A stretch of 64,000 nucleotides of DNA from Candidatus Eiseniibacteriota bacterium (lineage in GTDB: Bacteria; Eisenbacteria; RBG-16-71-46; CAIMUX01; VGJL01): contig CAWBWI010000003.1 in assembly GCA_963792585.1 (NCBI GenBank), positions 96,001-160,000 on the forward strand, given 5' to 3'. The translations under genes were made by a program, and so were the position numbers. The stretch's first letter is position 1; each line of letters opens with the position of its first letter. The notes under the pieces were generated by a model. That model had not been told where the DNA came from, searched no databases, and saw nothing but the letters and a program-made list of their open reading frames with translations. Below, in pieces: positions 1-9,273 of the stretch.

Positions 1-600
1 GGCGGTCCCATTCCCCGCCGCCAGGACGACCTTGATCGGCCGTGTCAACTTGCCCGCGCGGAGGACGTCCTTTCGGTATGCGTCGAAGACCTCGTTCGTC
101 GCCTCATGCGATCCCTTGCCGGATGCGAACTTGCCCCCCATGACGATCTGCTTGAACTGGAGAATTCCGTCCGGGCCGAGGGTCGAGGATAGACCGTTCG
201 CCACCTTGAGACCGGTCCAGCCGTTTTCGTTGTGGCTTGCCGTCACCATGGCGGCGCCCTTGACGCCGAAATGATGCTGCGCGAAGTAGGTTAGCGGCGT
301 CACCGCGAGGCCGATATCGATCACGTGCACGCCGGTCGACATCAACCCAACGGTCAGGGAGGTGCAGAGATCCTGGCTGTAGGAGCGGAAGTCATGCCCG
401 ACGACGACCCTGTCCTCCTTCAGGATCTCCCGCACGAAGGTGCCGTACGCTTTGCCGAGGACGATGAACCCGTTCGGGTTGATCTCCTTGCCGAGGACCC
501 AGCGAACATCGTATTCGCGGAATCCATTGTCCGTGATCAGCGTCTCCTCGAAGTAGTCGAACGAGTTGTACGGCACCTTCTTCGCGACATCCCAACGCAT
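1..600 (-). CDS. Phosphomannomutase/phosphoglucomutase (5' part; runs off the window edge)
   Basis: Not in the ORF track. Manual translation from ATG at 600 gives MRWDVAKK...FREYDVRW...VVVGHDFRSYS...MVTASHNENGWTGLK, with the phosphohexomutase active-site TASHN motif. GGAGG RBS upstream. Confidence 0.9.
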   Translation of the reverse strand, partial: MRWDVAKKVPYNSFDYFEETLITDNGFREYDVRWVLGKEINPNGFIVLGKAYGTFVREILKEDRVVVGHDFRSYSQDLCTSLTVGLMSTGVHVIDIGLAVTPLTYFAQHHFGVKGAAMVTASHNENGWTGLKVANGLSSTLGPDGILQFKQIVMGGKFASGKGSHEATNEVFDAYRKDVLRAGKLTRPIKVVLAAGNGTA

Positions 601-842
601 CAGTGTCCTCCCTCTTGGGGGCACGGCGGCCCGACCGTTGATGATGCCCGATGGCAGGAGATCCATCAAGGCGAGGATTGGCACTGCAATCGGCACACAC
701 GCGACGCCTCCGCCACAGTCTCCGCCTGCGGGTCCCCGGCCACGTTATCTGGAACTCGCCATTCGGATACCACGCGAGCCCCTCCAATCCTCTGACCGCC
801 CGGATGGTGTACGATTTCGGATGAGAAGAGGAGGTCGATCCG

Positions 843-2183
843 ATGGCGATCAACTGGCAGGATGTGGTCTACCGCGGCGATGCCGCCGACGTGAAGGAGC
901 TGTTCGACGAGTACCGGGTCGGCGACTACCTCGAGGCATTCGAGGAACAGCAGCGCCAGCAGGACAGGGGACTCCGCGAGAAGCTCCTGAAGGATGGGAT
1001 CCGCCTCACCGACCGTCTCTCTCCACGGATCTACCGTCTCTTCGGCGAGATCTGCAAGTCCCTCGAAATCGAGGCCCAGCCGGAGATCTTCTGCCTCTCC
1101 GATCCCGACATCAACGCCTTCGCGATGCTGGATGTTCAGGAGAAGGGGACCTACTCGCTCGTCGGCGTCACGTCCGGCGCCCTCGAGAAGCTGAACGACC
1201 CCGAGCTGAAGTCGATCCTCGGACACGAACTGGGGCACTTCCTCTCCGGCAACAACCGGCTGAACGCGCTTCTGTCGCAGGACCAGAACAACCCATCGAT
1301 CACCGTCCTCCCGCCGCTCGGCGAGAGCCTCTTCCTGCGCTGGCGCAAGAAGGCGGAGGTCAGCGGCGATCGCGTCGGCCTGCTGGCCAGTCGGGACTTC
1401 CTCGCCTCCGCGACGTCTCTGATGAAGGCGACCTTCGGGCTCTCCGAGAAGAACCTGAACCTGGATATCGATGCGCTGCTCTCCCAGGTCGACGAGATCA
1501 AGGGGCACCCCGAGATGATGGAGGAGACCTTCGCCTCTCACCCGGTCCTGCCGGTGCGTCTAAGGGCTCTCGAACTCTTCTCCCGTTCGGAGAAGGCGAA
1601 GCGGCACGGCTACCCGGCGACCGGCGCGCTGATCAAGGATGACGATCTCGAAACGGCCGTTGACGAGCTGATCAATCTCACCCGCCGCTATCCGTTCAAG
1701 CGGGAACATGAGGCGGTCATGCGAATCGTCGCCATGGGCGGCGCGCTCCTCCTGGCGTCGGACAAGGACATCAGCGACGACGAGGTGAAGATCCTGATTC
1801 ACATCTTGCAGCGATACTTCACGGATGAACCCGAGCGTGAGATCGTCACCAACAAGGACGAGATCATGACGCGGCTACCCGAGGAAATCGAGCTCGTCAA
1901 GAAATCGGACAACATGGAGTTGAAGACCTTCATTCTCTCGCGGCTGGCCGATGTCGCTCTCGCCGACGGCGCACTCATGGACCCCGAGGGGGCGGTCATT
2001 CTCCAGGTCGCTCAATGGCTCGAGGTCCCCCAGAAGACGGCCTATGCGATCATGGTAGGGGCGGCGCAGTCGAGCGGCTTTCACACGGACTCGAAGCTCA
2101 ACCACATCGCCGACATGTTGCGGAAGTCGTTTCAGACCGGATTTGCGGGGCCCTTGGCTACAGTCCAAGCGCCGGGTAAGTGA
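843..2183 (+). CDS. M48-family zinc metallopeptidase with C-terminal TerB-like domain
   Basis: HELGH zinc motif, AEVSGDR and SHPVLPVR as in M48 peptidases. C-terminal DKDISDDE and ADGALMDPE resemble TerB. AGGAGG RBS. Confidence 0.8.
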   Translation: MAINWQDVVYRGDAADVKELFDEYRVGDYLEAFEEQQRQQDRGLREKLLKDGIRLTDRLSPRIYRLFGEICKSLEIEAQPEIFCLSDPDINAFAMLDVQEKGTYSLVGVTSGALEKLNDPELKSILGHELGHFLSGNNRLNALLSQDQNNPSITVLPPLGESLFLRWRKKAEVSGDRVGLLASRDFLASATSLMKATFGLSEKNLNLDIDALLSQVDEIKGHPEMMEETFASHPVLPVRLRALELFSRSEKAKRHGYPATGALIKDDDLETAVDELINLTRRYPFKREHEAVMRIVAMGGALLLASDKDISDDEVKILIHILQRYFTDEPEREIVTNKDEIMTRLPEEIELVKKSDNMELKTFILSRLADVALADGALMDPEGAVILQVAQWLEVPQKTAYAIMVGAAQSSGFHTDSKLNHIADMLRKSFQTGFAGPLATVQAPGK

Positions 2184-2802
2184 CCCGCGCGCCTTCGAAC
2201 CGGGCGAAGGGTGTCACCTCGTGTGGTTGGCGTGTCGCGGCGCTGATGATGTGCTCCACAGGTACGCCGCGCGCCGTGAGGGCATCCGCAATCAACGAGC
2301 GATGGCAGCGCCACGGGAGCGCCTCGGCGCACATGAGCGTGCAAAGAGATGGGCGCGCGACGCCCGGTTCGTTCGCGGCGCCTGTGTCATTTACGGCGGG
2401 CGTCTCGTGGACGGCGCCAGGCGCCCGGCTGGCAGCCGAATCCGACAAGCGCCCCTGGTCCGCCCCCTCCACCCATCGATCCGCCATCTCGATCAACCGC
2501 CGCAGACCCGCATCGAATTCCAGCGTCTCCATGTAGTCCGCATAGCCCCGGAAGGACTCGTTCCGCCAGGCCAGGTTCGTCGAGTCCGCTCGTGCCTTTC
2601 GCAGGCCGCCCAGCTCCGGCATGTGTGTGTAGGCGATCCTGACGGCCGCCAGCTCTCCGGGCAGGCTCTCCCGATTGAATTGGGGATTCCGCGCGGAGCG
2701 GGGCACCGTCCGCACGTCGATGACCTGCGCGACCCCATGCGCGAGCAACATCGCGAGGAATCCTTCGAGCGGGTGGGTGGAATGCCCGACGGTGAGGATC
2801 AT
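2158..2802 (-). CDS. DUF488 family protein
   Basis: ILTVGHSTH, IDVRTVPRS, ELGGLR, SFRGYADYM and LMCAEALPWRCHRSLIAD motifs. Confidence 0.85.
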   Translation of the reverse strand: MILTVGHSTHPLEGFLAMLLAHGVAQVIDVRTVPRSARNPQFNRESLPGELAAVRIAYTHMPELGGLRKARADSTNLAWRNESFRGYADYMETLEFDAGLRRLIEMADRWVEGADQGRLSDSAASRAPGAVHETPAVNDTGAANEPGVARPSLCTLMCAEALPWRCHRSLIADALTARGVPVEHIISAATRQPHEVTPFARFEGARVTYPALGL

Positions 2803-2842
2803 GCGCGACTTCCTTCAATCAAGCCCGGATCCTTCGGCTCGA

Positions 2843-3526
2843 TCACTTCAAGAACCCAAGCCACTCTCCCAAGAGGAAGTCAACCCGCCCGATCAGGAGG
2901 GACATGCGGCTCATCACCGTGTAGCCGAAGGACGCTCCGAAGGTCACCATGATGAAGTAGATTCCCAGGCGCGCCGTCTTCCCCACGACCTTCGTATGCT
3001 CGACCGAGAAGAAGAAATACACCAGACCTGTGAATGTCCCCACGAAAACGAACAACGCGCTCCAGTCGATGTGGAACGGGACCGGGAACCAGAGCAGCTT
3101 CCCCGTCCCCGCGGTGACCAGGGGTACGATCGTCTCCTGGATCTGGCTAAGCGCGTTTGACTGCAGATAGGTGATGAAGTAGAGCCCCGCCGTCGAGCCG
3201 ACGATGAAGGCCAGCGGCCAGCGGGAAATCCATCCCCCCTTGGGCAACAGCCGCATCAGCATCATGATCCCGAGCACGCCGGCGCCGAGGTAGATCCACT
3301 TTTCGCTCCAGATGCCGTGTGTCGAGAGTTCGACGGTCGCGTCGCGCAGGTTCAGGACCAACTTGGGCCAAATGTTCTGCCAGAAGAGGCTCACGAACCA
3401 GTACCCGGCCGAAACACCGACGAAGATCGCCTCGCAGAGCTTGTAGATCGGGTTGTCCTTGTACAGGAAGGTCAGAATCCCGAGGGTCAGGAACGCGCCG
3501 ATCCAGACGCCGATCATAGGGCTCAT
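2843..3526 (-). CDS. Conserved multi-pass membrane protein (DUF6754 operon, gene 4)
   Basis: About 6 hydrophobic segments; LYKDNP near the N-terminus and FGASFGYTVMSRMSLLIGR near the C-terminus. Confidence 0.7.
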   Translation of the reverse strand: MSPMIGVWIGAFLTLGILTFLYKDNPIYKLCEAIFVGVSAGYWFVSLFWQNIWPKLVLNLRDATVELSTHGIWSEKWIYLGAGVLGIMMLMRLLPKGGWISRWPLAFIVGSTAGLYFITYLQSNALSQIQETIVPLVTAGTGKLLWFPVPFHIDWSALFVFVGTFTGLVYFFFSVEHTKVVGKTARLGIYFIMVTFGASFGYTVMSRMSLLIGRVDFLLGEWLGFLK

Positions 3527-3627
3527 CGCGTTGCCCCCTGCCCGTCGGCCGCTCGTCTCATCCCGTTGCCCCCCGTCCGTCGGACTCCCGTATCATCGCA
3601 TCGCCCCTGCACCTGTGACCGCCGGGC

Positions 3628-4485
3628 TCATGCTTTCCCCTCCGGGGCTCGGCGCGCCCGCCGCCGGCTGAGGAAGAAGGCGACGTTGCCGACCAGGATG
3701 AACAGGATCACCACGATGTGACCGGCCGACTGCGAGAGCATGTACGTCTTCCCCTTTCCGGGGAATCCCGAGACCTGCTCGTAGGCCGCGGCGCCGAGCA
3801 TGCCCCCCAGGATGCCGGTAATCTGTCGTGGGTAATAGGGATACGCCAGTGGCGCGTTGACCGCCGTGACGCCGATTCCGATCGTCGCGTGGAATCGATC
3901 CCCCGCAAACTGGGTCCACTCGACCTGCCCCGGATATCCCGCGGAGATGTTCATGACATAGGCGAATGAAGAGAAGTCGTGGACTCCCTGCATGATCGGG
4001 AAGCGCTCGATCGGATCGCCGTGCATATCCCGCGGGAAGACCGCCGGGATATCTGAGCCCATCCGCTGGATAACCACCTCGTTGCCCGCCGAATAACCGA
4101 GGTTCACATAGTTCACGCCGTACTGGACCCCGACCTGCGCCACCTTTGGATCGCGCTGCGCCTCCAAGAGCGCCTGATTTGCCTGGATCGGCCCCTGCGG
4201 CCAGAGCCCCACGACGACCACTCGCAGACCCCGCGAAATCGCCTGCTTCAGGAAGGTGACCGTCATCGGCTGGATCTCGGCCGCCGACCCCGGGTCATAG
4301 TCACAGGCAAGCAGCACCCGGGATCCCGGTGGAAGGTTCTCGATGGCATCGTAGATGCCACGCACCTCCGGGGTCTCGGGGATCTTCTGGTTCAGGTGCA
4401 GGAAAAGCGGCATCGTCACGCCCACCGCGATGAAGAGGTAGATCCAGCGCCGATCGAGCTTCAGCAGCCGGTCGAGGAGGCTCAT
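3628..4485 (-). CDS. Conserved membrane-anchored protein (DUF6754 operon, gene 3)
   Basis: Start re-called at ATG 4485 (MSLLDRLLKLDRRWIY), giving an ATGA overlap with the upstream stop. N- and C-terminal TM helices flank an alpha/beta domain (DYDPGSAAEIQP, NLGY). Confidence 0.7.
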   Translation of the reverse strand: MSLLDRLLKLDRRWIYLFIAVGVTMPLFLHLNQKIPETPEVRGIYDAIENLPPGSRVLLACDYDPGSAAEIQPMTVTFLKQAISRGLRVVVVGLWPQGPIQANQALLEAQRDPKVAQVGVQYGVNYVNLGYSAGNEVVIQRMGSDIPAVFPRDMHGDPIERFPIMQGVHDFSSFAYVMNISAGYPGQVEWTQFAGDRFHATIGIGVTAVNAPLAYPYYPRQITGILGGMLGAAAYEQVSGFPGKGKTYMLSQSAGHIVVILFILVGNVAFFLSRRRARRAPEGKA

Positions 4486-5138
4486 GATTCGCCTCCCAGG
4501 TGACCCTTCTCGATTCCCAGGATCAGCCGAAGGCTCGTCGAGACGACCCCCAACGCGATCCCGATCATGATGGCCCGCTGCCCCGCCTTGTTCGGGACAT
4601 TCATGATCCAGTCGGCCAGGTTGGACAGCCGGTGTCCCTCGGGCAGGAAGTGCGTCAGCTGATCGCCGATCGGCACCCGCCCGAGCATCACCAGGAAGCC
4701 CGCCAGCAGCAGTAGCGTCGCCTCGCGATTGCGCGCGCGGAAGGCGCGGTAGGAGGCGCTCGCAACATAGAAGGCGAGCATTGCGAACATCGTTGCCGAG
4801 AGCGGATTGTATATGTTGTTGTAGGTCCAGTCGAACGGTGTCCCCGGATCCTGGAACCGCATGCCCCCGCTGAAGAAGAACCCAACCACGCTCGTCGCGA
4901 GGAACACCGCGATGATGACGGCCGCGTAGAACCAACCCTCCTGCTTGCGGTATACCTTGTCGCCCGAGACCTTCATCAGGTTGAGAGCGCCGAGCCAGAT
5001 CGCGAACGCCATGACGATCTGGACCCAGTCGGCGAGCAGGTCCTGCATCCCCGAGAACGGGCGGTGCGGAACGAAGAACTGCACGACGTAGACGACCCCG
5101 ACGAAACCGGTGATGAACAGAGGAACGCGCCGCTTCAC
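4482..5138 (-). CDS. Conserved multi-pass membrane protein (DUF6754 operon, gene 2)
   Basis: About 6 TM segments; ATMFAMLAFYVASASYRAFRAR and AGQRAIMIGIALG. Starts 4 nt after the stop of gene 1. Confidence 0.7.
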   Translation of the reverse strand: MKRRVPLFITGFVGVVYVVQFFVPHRPFSGMQDLLADWVQIVMAFAIWLGALNLMKVSGDKVYRKQEGWFYAAVIIAVFLATSVVGFFFSGGMRFQDPGTPFDWTYNNIYNPLSATMFAMLAFYVASASYRAFRARNREATLLLLAGFLVMLGRVPIGDQLTHFLPEGHRLSNLADWIMNVPNKAGQRAIMIGIALGVVSTSLRLILGIEKGHLGGES

Positions 5139-5142
5139 GGCG

Positions 5143-6369
5143 TCACTCCACCGCGAACAGGGACGCGAAGTCCATCACGCCCATGGTCTGGAGAACAATG
5201 CCGATCAATAACAGCAGCAGGATCAGCGCCTTTCCCATGTCCTGGCCCTTGAGACTCCCGAGCTGCCGCGGCTCGCGCGAGAGGTAGGCGCCCGCGACGA
5301 ACAGCTCCTCGCCAATCAACGTGTAGTCGCAGGCGGCGACGAAGAAGGGAAGCTGGCTCGGTTCGGCGGTGCCGGCGATCTGGATCGCGCCGACCGAATT
5401 CCCCGTCTCCGCCAGGACCAGCGACTCCGCATAGAAGAGACCGAGCATGAAGATCGTCGCCGGCTTCTCGCGCACCATGAGACCATCCATCGCCGCCGCA
5501 TATCCGAATTGATCGTCGGTGACGTAATGGACCATGTCATCGCTGTATCCGTCGGGACGCCCCTCGGCGATGTAGGCTTCCTTCACCGTCTCCCGACATG
5601 CCACCATCACCAGCGACCGCGAGACCGGCACGTCCAGGGCCGTGTCGTATTGCGCCGTCATGCGCGCGACGCGGCCGAGGATCGAGATTCCCGCGAGCGT
5701 CTGCACCTGATCCATGTCCTGCGTGCCGGGAATGTACAAGATCTTGCGACCCATCTCGGTCGCGCGTCCGACGGCCTCGTCGACCGCATCGAGGCCAGCG
5801 ATCTTGCGGATGAAGAGCGGTTTGCCCCGGCGCGCGTATTCAATGAAGTAAATGATCAAGCCCGAGAGGATCAGGACCGCGACGAGAGTGTTGATGCGGC
5901 CGGTGTGGAACCACTGGGCGCTCGCGATGACCGGACCCGCCACCGTCGAGGGCGCGCTCTCTTCACCCCGGCGGGCAAGGACCCGGTAGTAGTAGCGGAC
6001 GCCGTCCCGAACGCCCTGAGCGTCGATGGCCTCCTTGTTGCGCCGGGGGCTGTGGTCGATGGTGGTGAACGGACCGTCGGCTGAGGTCGCCCGCTGAAAG
6101 TCATAGCCGGCGAAGGTCAGGTCGGCGGGATCGTCGCTGGGTGAGAGTTCCCAGGTGATGGTGAGACTGCCGCCCCGGTCGTTGGGCGTGTCGTGGACGG
6201 CGACGCTCGCGGGGGGCGAGAGGACCGCGGTAGGGAGTGCCGGTGATTCCTGGGATTGGACCGGGAGCGCGGCCGCGAACGCCGGAATGGTGAGGCCCCA
6301 GACCCAGAAAAACGTCGCGGCGTTCCGGCTGGCCGGACCCGCCTGGTGTATGTCACCGCGGGCGCCCAT
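5143..6369 (-). CDS. Fibronectin type III + DUF6754 domain membrane protein (operon gene 1)
   Basis: Signal-like N-terminus and FN3-like segment (DTPNDRGGSLTITW...YYYRV). IRKIAGLDAVDEAVGRATEMG, FYAESL and CDYTLIGEELF are typical of DUF6754. Start 6369 or 6375 after GGGGAGGGG. Confidence 0.75.
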   Translation of the reverse strand: MGARGDIHQAGPASRNAATFFWVWGLTIPAFAAALPVQSQESPALPTAVLSPPASVAVHDTPNDRGGSLTITWELSPSDDPADLTFAGYDFQRATSADGPFTTIDHSPRRNKEAIDAQGVRDGVRYYYRVLARRGEESAPSTVAGPVIASAQWFHTGRINTLVAVLILSGLIIYFIEYARRGKPLFIRKIAGLDAVDEAVGRATEMGRKILYIPGTQDMDQVQTLAGISILGRVARMTAQYDTALDVPVSRSLVMVACRETVKEAYIAEGRPDGYSDDMVHYVTDDQFGYAAAMDGLMVREKPATIFMLGLFYAESLVLAETGNSVGAIQIAGTAEPSQLPFFVAACDYTLIGEELFVAGAYLSREPRQLGSLKGQDMGKALILLLLLIGIVLQTMGVMDFASLFAVE

Positions 6370-6419
6370 GCGCATGCCCCTCCCCTTCAACGACTCGGGT
6401 AGTCGGCCAGCCCCACGTC

Positions 6420-6448
6420 AGGATGCGCGCTGGCTGGTGGGAGGTCAA
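6420..6448 (-). promoter_or_regulatory. Putative sigma70 promoter of the DUF6754 operon
   Basis: TTGACC-N17-CATCCT on the minus strand, about 45-50 nt upstream of the start. Confidence 0.35.
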
Positions 6449-6652
6449 GCGAGGAGCGCCACTTGGAGGCGTCTCCCTAGATGGACAATCCTTCACCCGA
6501 CGTGAGATTGCGCGGGTCTATGAATGGAGTCTCGTCGGGATCCGGGTCGAGCGACGCCGGCCCGCTCACCTTGATCCACCTCTGTGCGGCCCGTGGTGAT
6601 GGTGCGTGCGGCAGACCGTCGATAGGTTCGCCGGATCGCGCCTCCCGCCACG

Positions 6653-7453
6653 CTACCCCGCCGGCTGCATCGCCCCTTTCTGCACTAGACCTTCGAAGTG
6701 GCGCTCGAGGTGGTCGGCGAAGGCAGCGGACTCGATCAGCACACCGGCCTCGATGTTCCGCTCCAGCGCCGCCTCGGTGAAGTTCGCCGAAGAGACGAGC
6801 GTGGTCGAGTGGTCGACCACGATGCACTTGGCATGGAGGCAGGCCCGATCGCGCGCACTGAGCGCCAGCGACCGCGGGTCGTAGTAGATCGCAGGCAGCC
6901 GTCTGCCCGGCCACTCCTTTTCGCGAAATCTCTCGACGAAGCGGTCCACGATGTCGGAGTCGAGCGAGGTGTCGGTCGGACGCCGCTCGATGTTGAGGAA
7001 CATGCGCACGTCCAGATCCGGGTCCTGGTCCATCCGCGCGGCGAGCGTCTCGAAGACGCGCCACCCCTGGAACACCACGTATCCCGCCAGGAGAACGGTC
7101 TTTCGCGCCTTCTGGAACAGCTCACGTACGACGACGACCGTGTCGCGGCTTGGCGCGCCTTCGACCTCGGGTCCGGTCCAGACGAGATCGATCGTCCGCC
7201 GGCCCATGACCTGAGAGCGCGCGCGGACGATCGACCAGACAAGGAGCACCAACTTCCGCCGGTCCCATCCCTGGTCCGCGAGATCCGTCAGTGCATTCGC
7301 GACCGCCTTCACGTCCGGGAACTCTCCGCACGTTCGGAGTATGGAGAGCGCGTCGTACGGCGGCGCGAGGCCCCCTCCGTACAGCGCAAACGCGAGCTTG
7401 TGCAGGTTTCCGTCGTCCAGCGCCTCGATCACCGGCAGATCTATGTCTCCCAT
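6653..7453 (-). CDS. drmC: DISARM phospholipase D-like nuclease DrmC
   Basis: Start re-called at ATG 7453 (TGATG overlap with the drmB stop). DLVWTGP and the HKD motif LHAKCIVVD...SSANFT; directly follows the DUF1998 gene. Confidence 0.9.
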   Translation of the reverse strand: MGDIDLPVIEALDDGNLHKLAFALYGGGLAPPYDALSILRTCGEFPDVKAVANALTDLADQGWDRRKLVLLVWSIVRARSQVMGRRTIDLVWTGPEVEGAPSRDTVVVVRELFQKARKTVLLAGYVVFQGWRVFETLAARMDQDPDLDVRMFLNIERRPTDTSLDSDIVDRFVERFREKEWPGRRLPAIYYDPRSLALSARDRACLHAKCIVVDHSTTLVSSANFTEAALERNIEAGVLIESAAFADHLERHFEGLVQKGAMQPAG

Positions 7454-9273
7454 CAGAACCCCCCGAAGAACGCGCATGCCGCCTCGTCCACGGTCGGCAC
7501 GACGAGCGACCGGTCCAGGAAATCGTTCTGCATCTCGCAGCTCGTCTCGGCGATCAGCAGGCAGCCGTGGCAGGCCGCGCCGACCAGGAACCGCCGCTCG
7601 AGCTCGTTCACCGGATCGTGCTGGGCGCAGACGGGATCGTTCGAGCAAAGCCTCCCGATGTCGATGGCGGAACTCAGATGCCGCTCGATCCGCCTCCCCT
7701 CCTCGACGAGGCCGCCCAGCGTCCCCTCGGCATCCGTCGTCCCGGTGTACAGGAGGATGCCGTATCCCGACGGCCCGGCGTAGATCCGCTCGCGGATCGA
7801 ACTGGCCGGATAGCCGCACTCGAGCGCGACGCCCGTGATCAGCATGTGCGACAGCGAGTGGAGCATGATGTACGGAAGTCCGGGGAACTGCCGCTTCGTC
7901 CCGCGATGCTCCTCGCGCCAGACCTCGAAACCGGACGCCAGTCGCCTGCCCCGGGACACCACCCCGGACAGGGACGCCCACGCATCAACCGCCGCCCCGT
8001 CCCACTGCAGAAAGATCCCCTCGCCACGGTTCTCGATGGCCGGCAGCCAGTTCGTCTCGCGCGAGAGTGCGGCGCGCCGCACGCCGATGTCGAGGTCCCC
8101 GCTCACATCGGGACCGATCGGCTCGAAGCGGCTGAAGCCGACGAGCGCCCGCACCTCCCGGAGCCGGTGAACGCGCACGACCTTCTCGAGTGTCCGCGTC
8201 CACGGCCGATCCCAGACCGCACGCGGCAGCGCCCGCGCGAAGAAATCTCCGTCGGGAGTGTCGCTCCCAAGCTCCTCTCCGCTCGCAGTGAGGACCTGGA
8301 TCTCCGCCTCCTTGACGGGCGGGAGCTTCGCCGACGGCCCGGCGTCGCGCCGCTTCCGGATCGCGTCGAAGACCCGCTCATTCGGATATCCCTCCAGCGC
8401 CTTCTCGACCGGAGGCTTCTTCGTCCGCTCCCGCTCGAGTTCCTCGATCGAGTCGACGTACTGGAGATAGGCTTCCCAGATCGAATCGATCGCCTTCGCG
8501 AACGGCTCGTCCTCGTCGGGCAGGGAGATGACGCTCAGGATCTGCGGGAAGTAAGCGTTGCTCGCGGTGCGGACGAGGAGGCGGTTGGTCTCGTCGCACA
8601 TCTCGCGCGACATGACCCCGAGCCAGGGGCGGGTGCCGTCGCAGGGTCCGAGGGCTTTGAATTCAGCGGTCGCGGCGTCGGACACCGGACGCTGCTTCCC
8701 GCACTCGCACCGTACCCAGACCTCGGAGATGTCGCCGCTCGTCCCCCGCTCATCGATCCAGAGCGACCGGCGGCAATCTCCCGTGCCCTCGTGAACGAAA
8801 CCGTACCAGTCGATGTCCCCGATGTGCCCGCGCCGACAGGCCCGTACGAAGCGGATCGGCACCACTGCCCGCCTCTTGCCGTCACGGCCGACGTACTTTG
8901 CCTTCGTGAGCGCCCCGTGATGTACGAGCATGCGCGTGCGCCCGGCTATCCCCGCGCGCTCCTCCTCCGTCGAGGCCTGCACGATGAACCACTCGGGGAA
9001 CTGGAAGACGGTGATGCCCGACGGCGCGCCACGCGGATCGTCCGTCGCGGCTGGAGGCGCATAGAGCCTCAACGCCGGCGCGCCGATCAGCTCGCACGCC
9101 TTCGCGGTCAATCGCGGCTCGCGCAGCACGGACCCCAGGCCGGACCAGAACTCGAGTCCTCCGACCAGCACCGAAGTGGTCGGCAGATCGACCAGCGAGC
9201 CCGGCCCGAAGGTCGTGACGATCTGGCTCTGGCGGATCTGCCCATGGGGACGCCGGGGCGACTTCGCCTTCAT
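7453..9273 (-). CDS. drmB: DISARM DUF1998 protein DrmB
   Basis: IRQSQIVTTFGPGSLVDL at the N-terminus; LHSLSHMLI, GYPASSIRER, GTLGGL, CSNDPVC and AACHGCLLIAETSCE (DUF1998 cysteines). ATGA overlap with drmA. Confidence 0.93.
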   Translation of the reverse strand: MKAKSPRRPHGQIRQSQIVTTFGPGSLVDLPTTSVLVGGLEFWSGLGSVLREPRLTAKACELIGAPALRLYAPPAATDDPRGAPSGITVFQFPEWFIVQASTEEERAGIAGRTRMLVHHGALTKAKYVGRDGKRRAVVPIRFVRACRRGHIGDIDWYGFVHEGTGDCRRSLWIDERGTSGDISEVWVRCECGKQRPVSDAATAEFKALGPCDGTRPWLGVMSREMCDETNRLLVRTASNAYFPQILSVISLPDEDEPFAKAIDSIWEAYLQYVDSIEELERERTKKPPVEKALEGYPNERVFDAIRKRRDAGPSAKLPPVKEAEIQVLTASGEELGSDTPDGDFFARALPRAVWDRPWTRTLEKVVRVHRLREVRALVGFSRFEPIGPDVSGDLDIGVRRAALSRETNWLPAIENRGEGIFLQWDGAAVDAWASLSGVVSRGRRLASGFEVWREEHRGTKRQFPGLPYIMLHSLSHMLITGVALECGYPASSIRERIYAGPSGYGILLYTGTTDAEGTLGGLVEEGRRIERHLSSAIDIGRLCSNDPVCAQHDPVNELERRFLVGAACHGCLLIAETSCEMQNDFLDRSLVVPTVDEAACAFFGGF

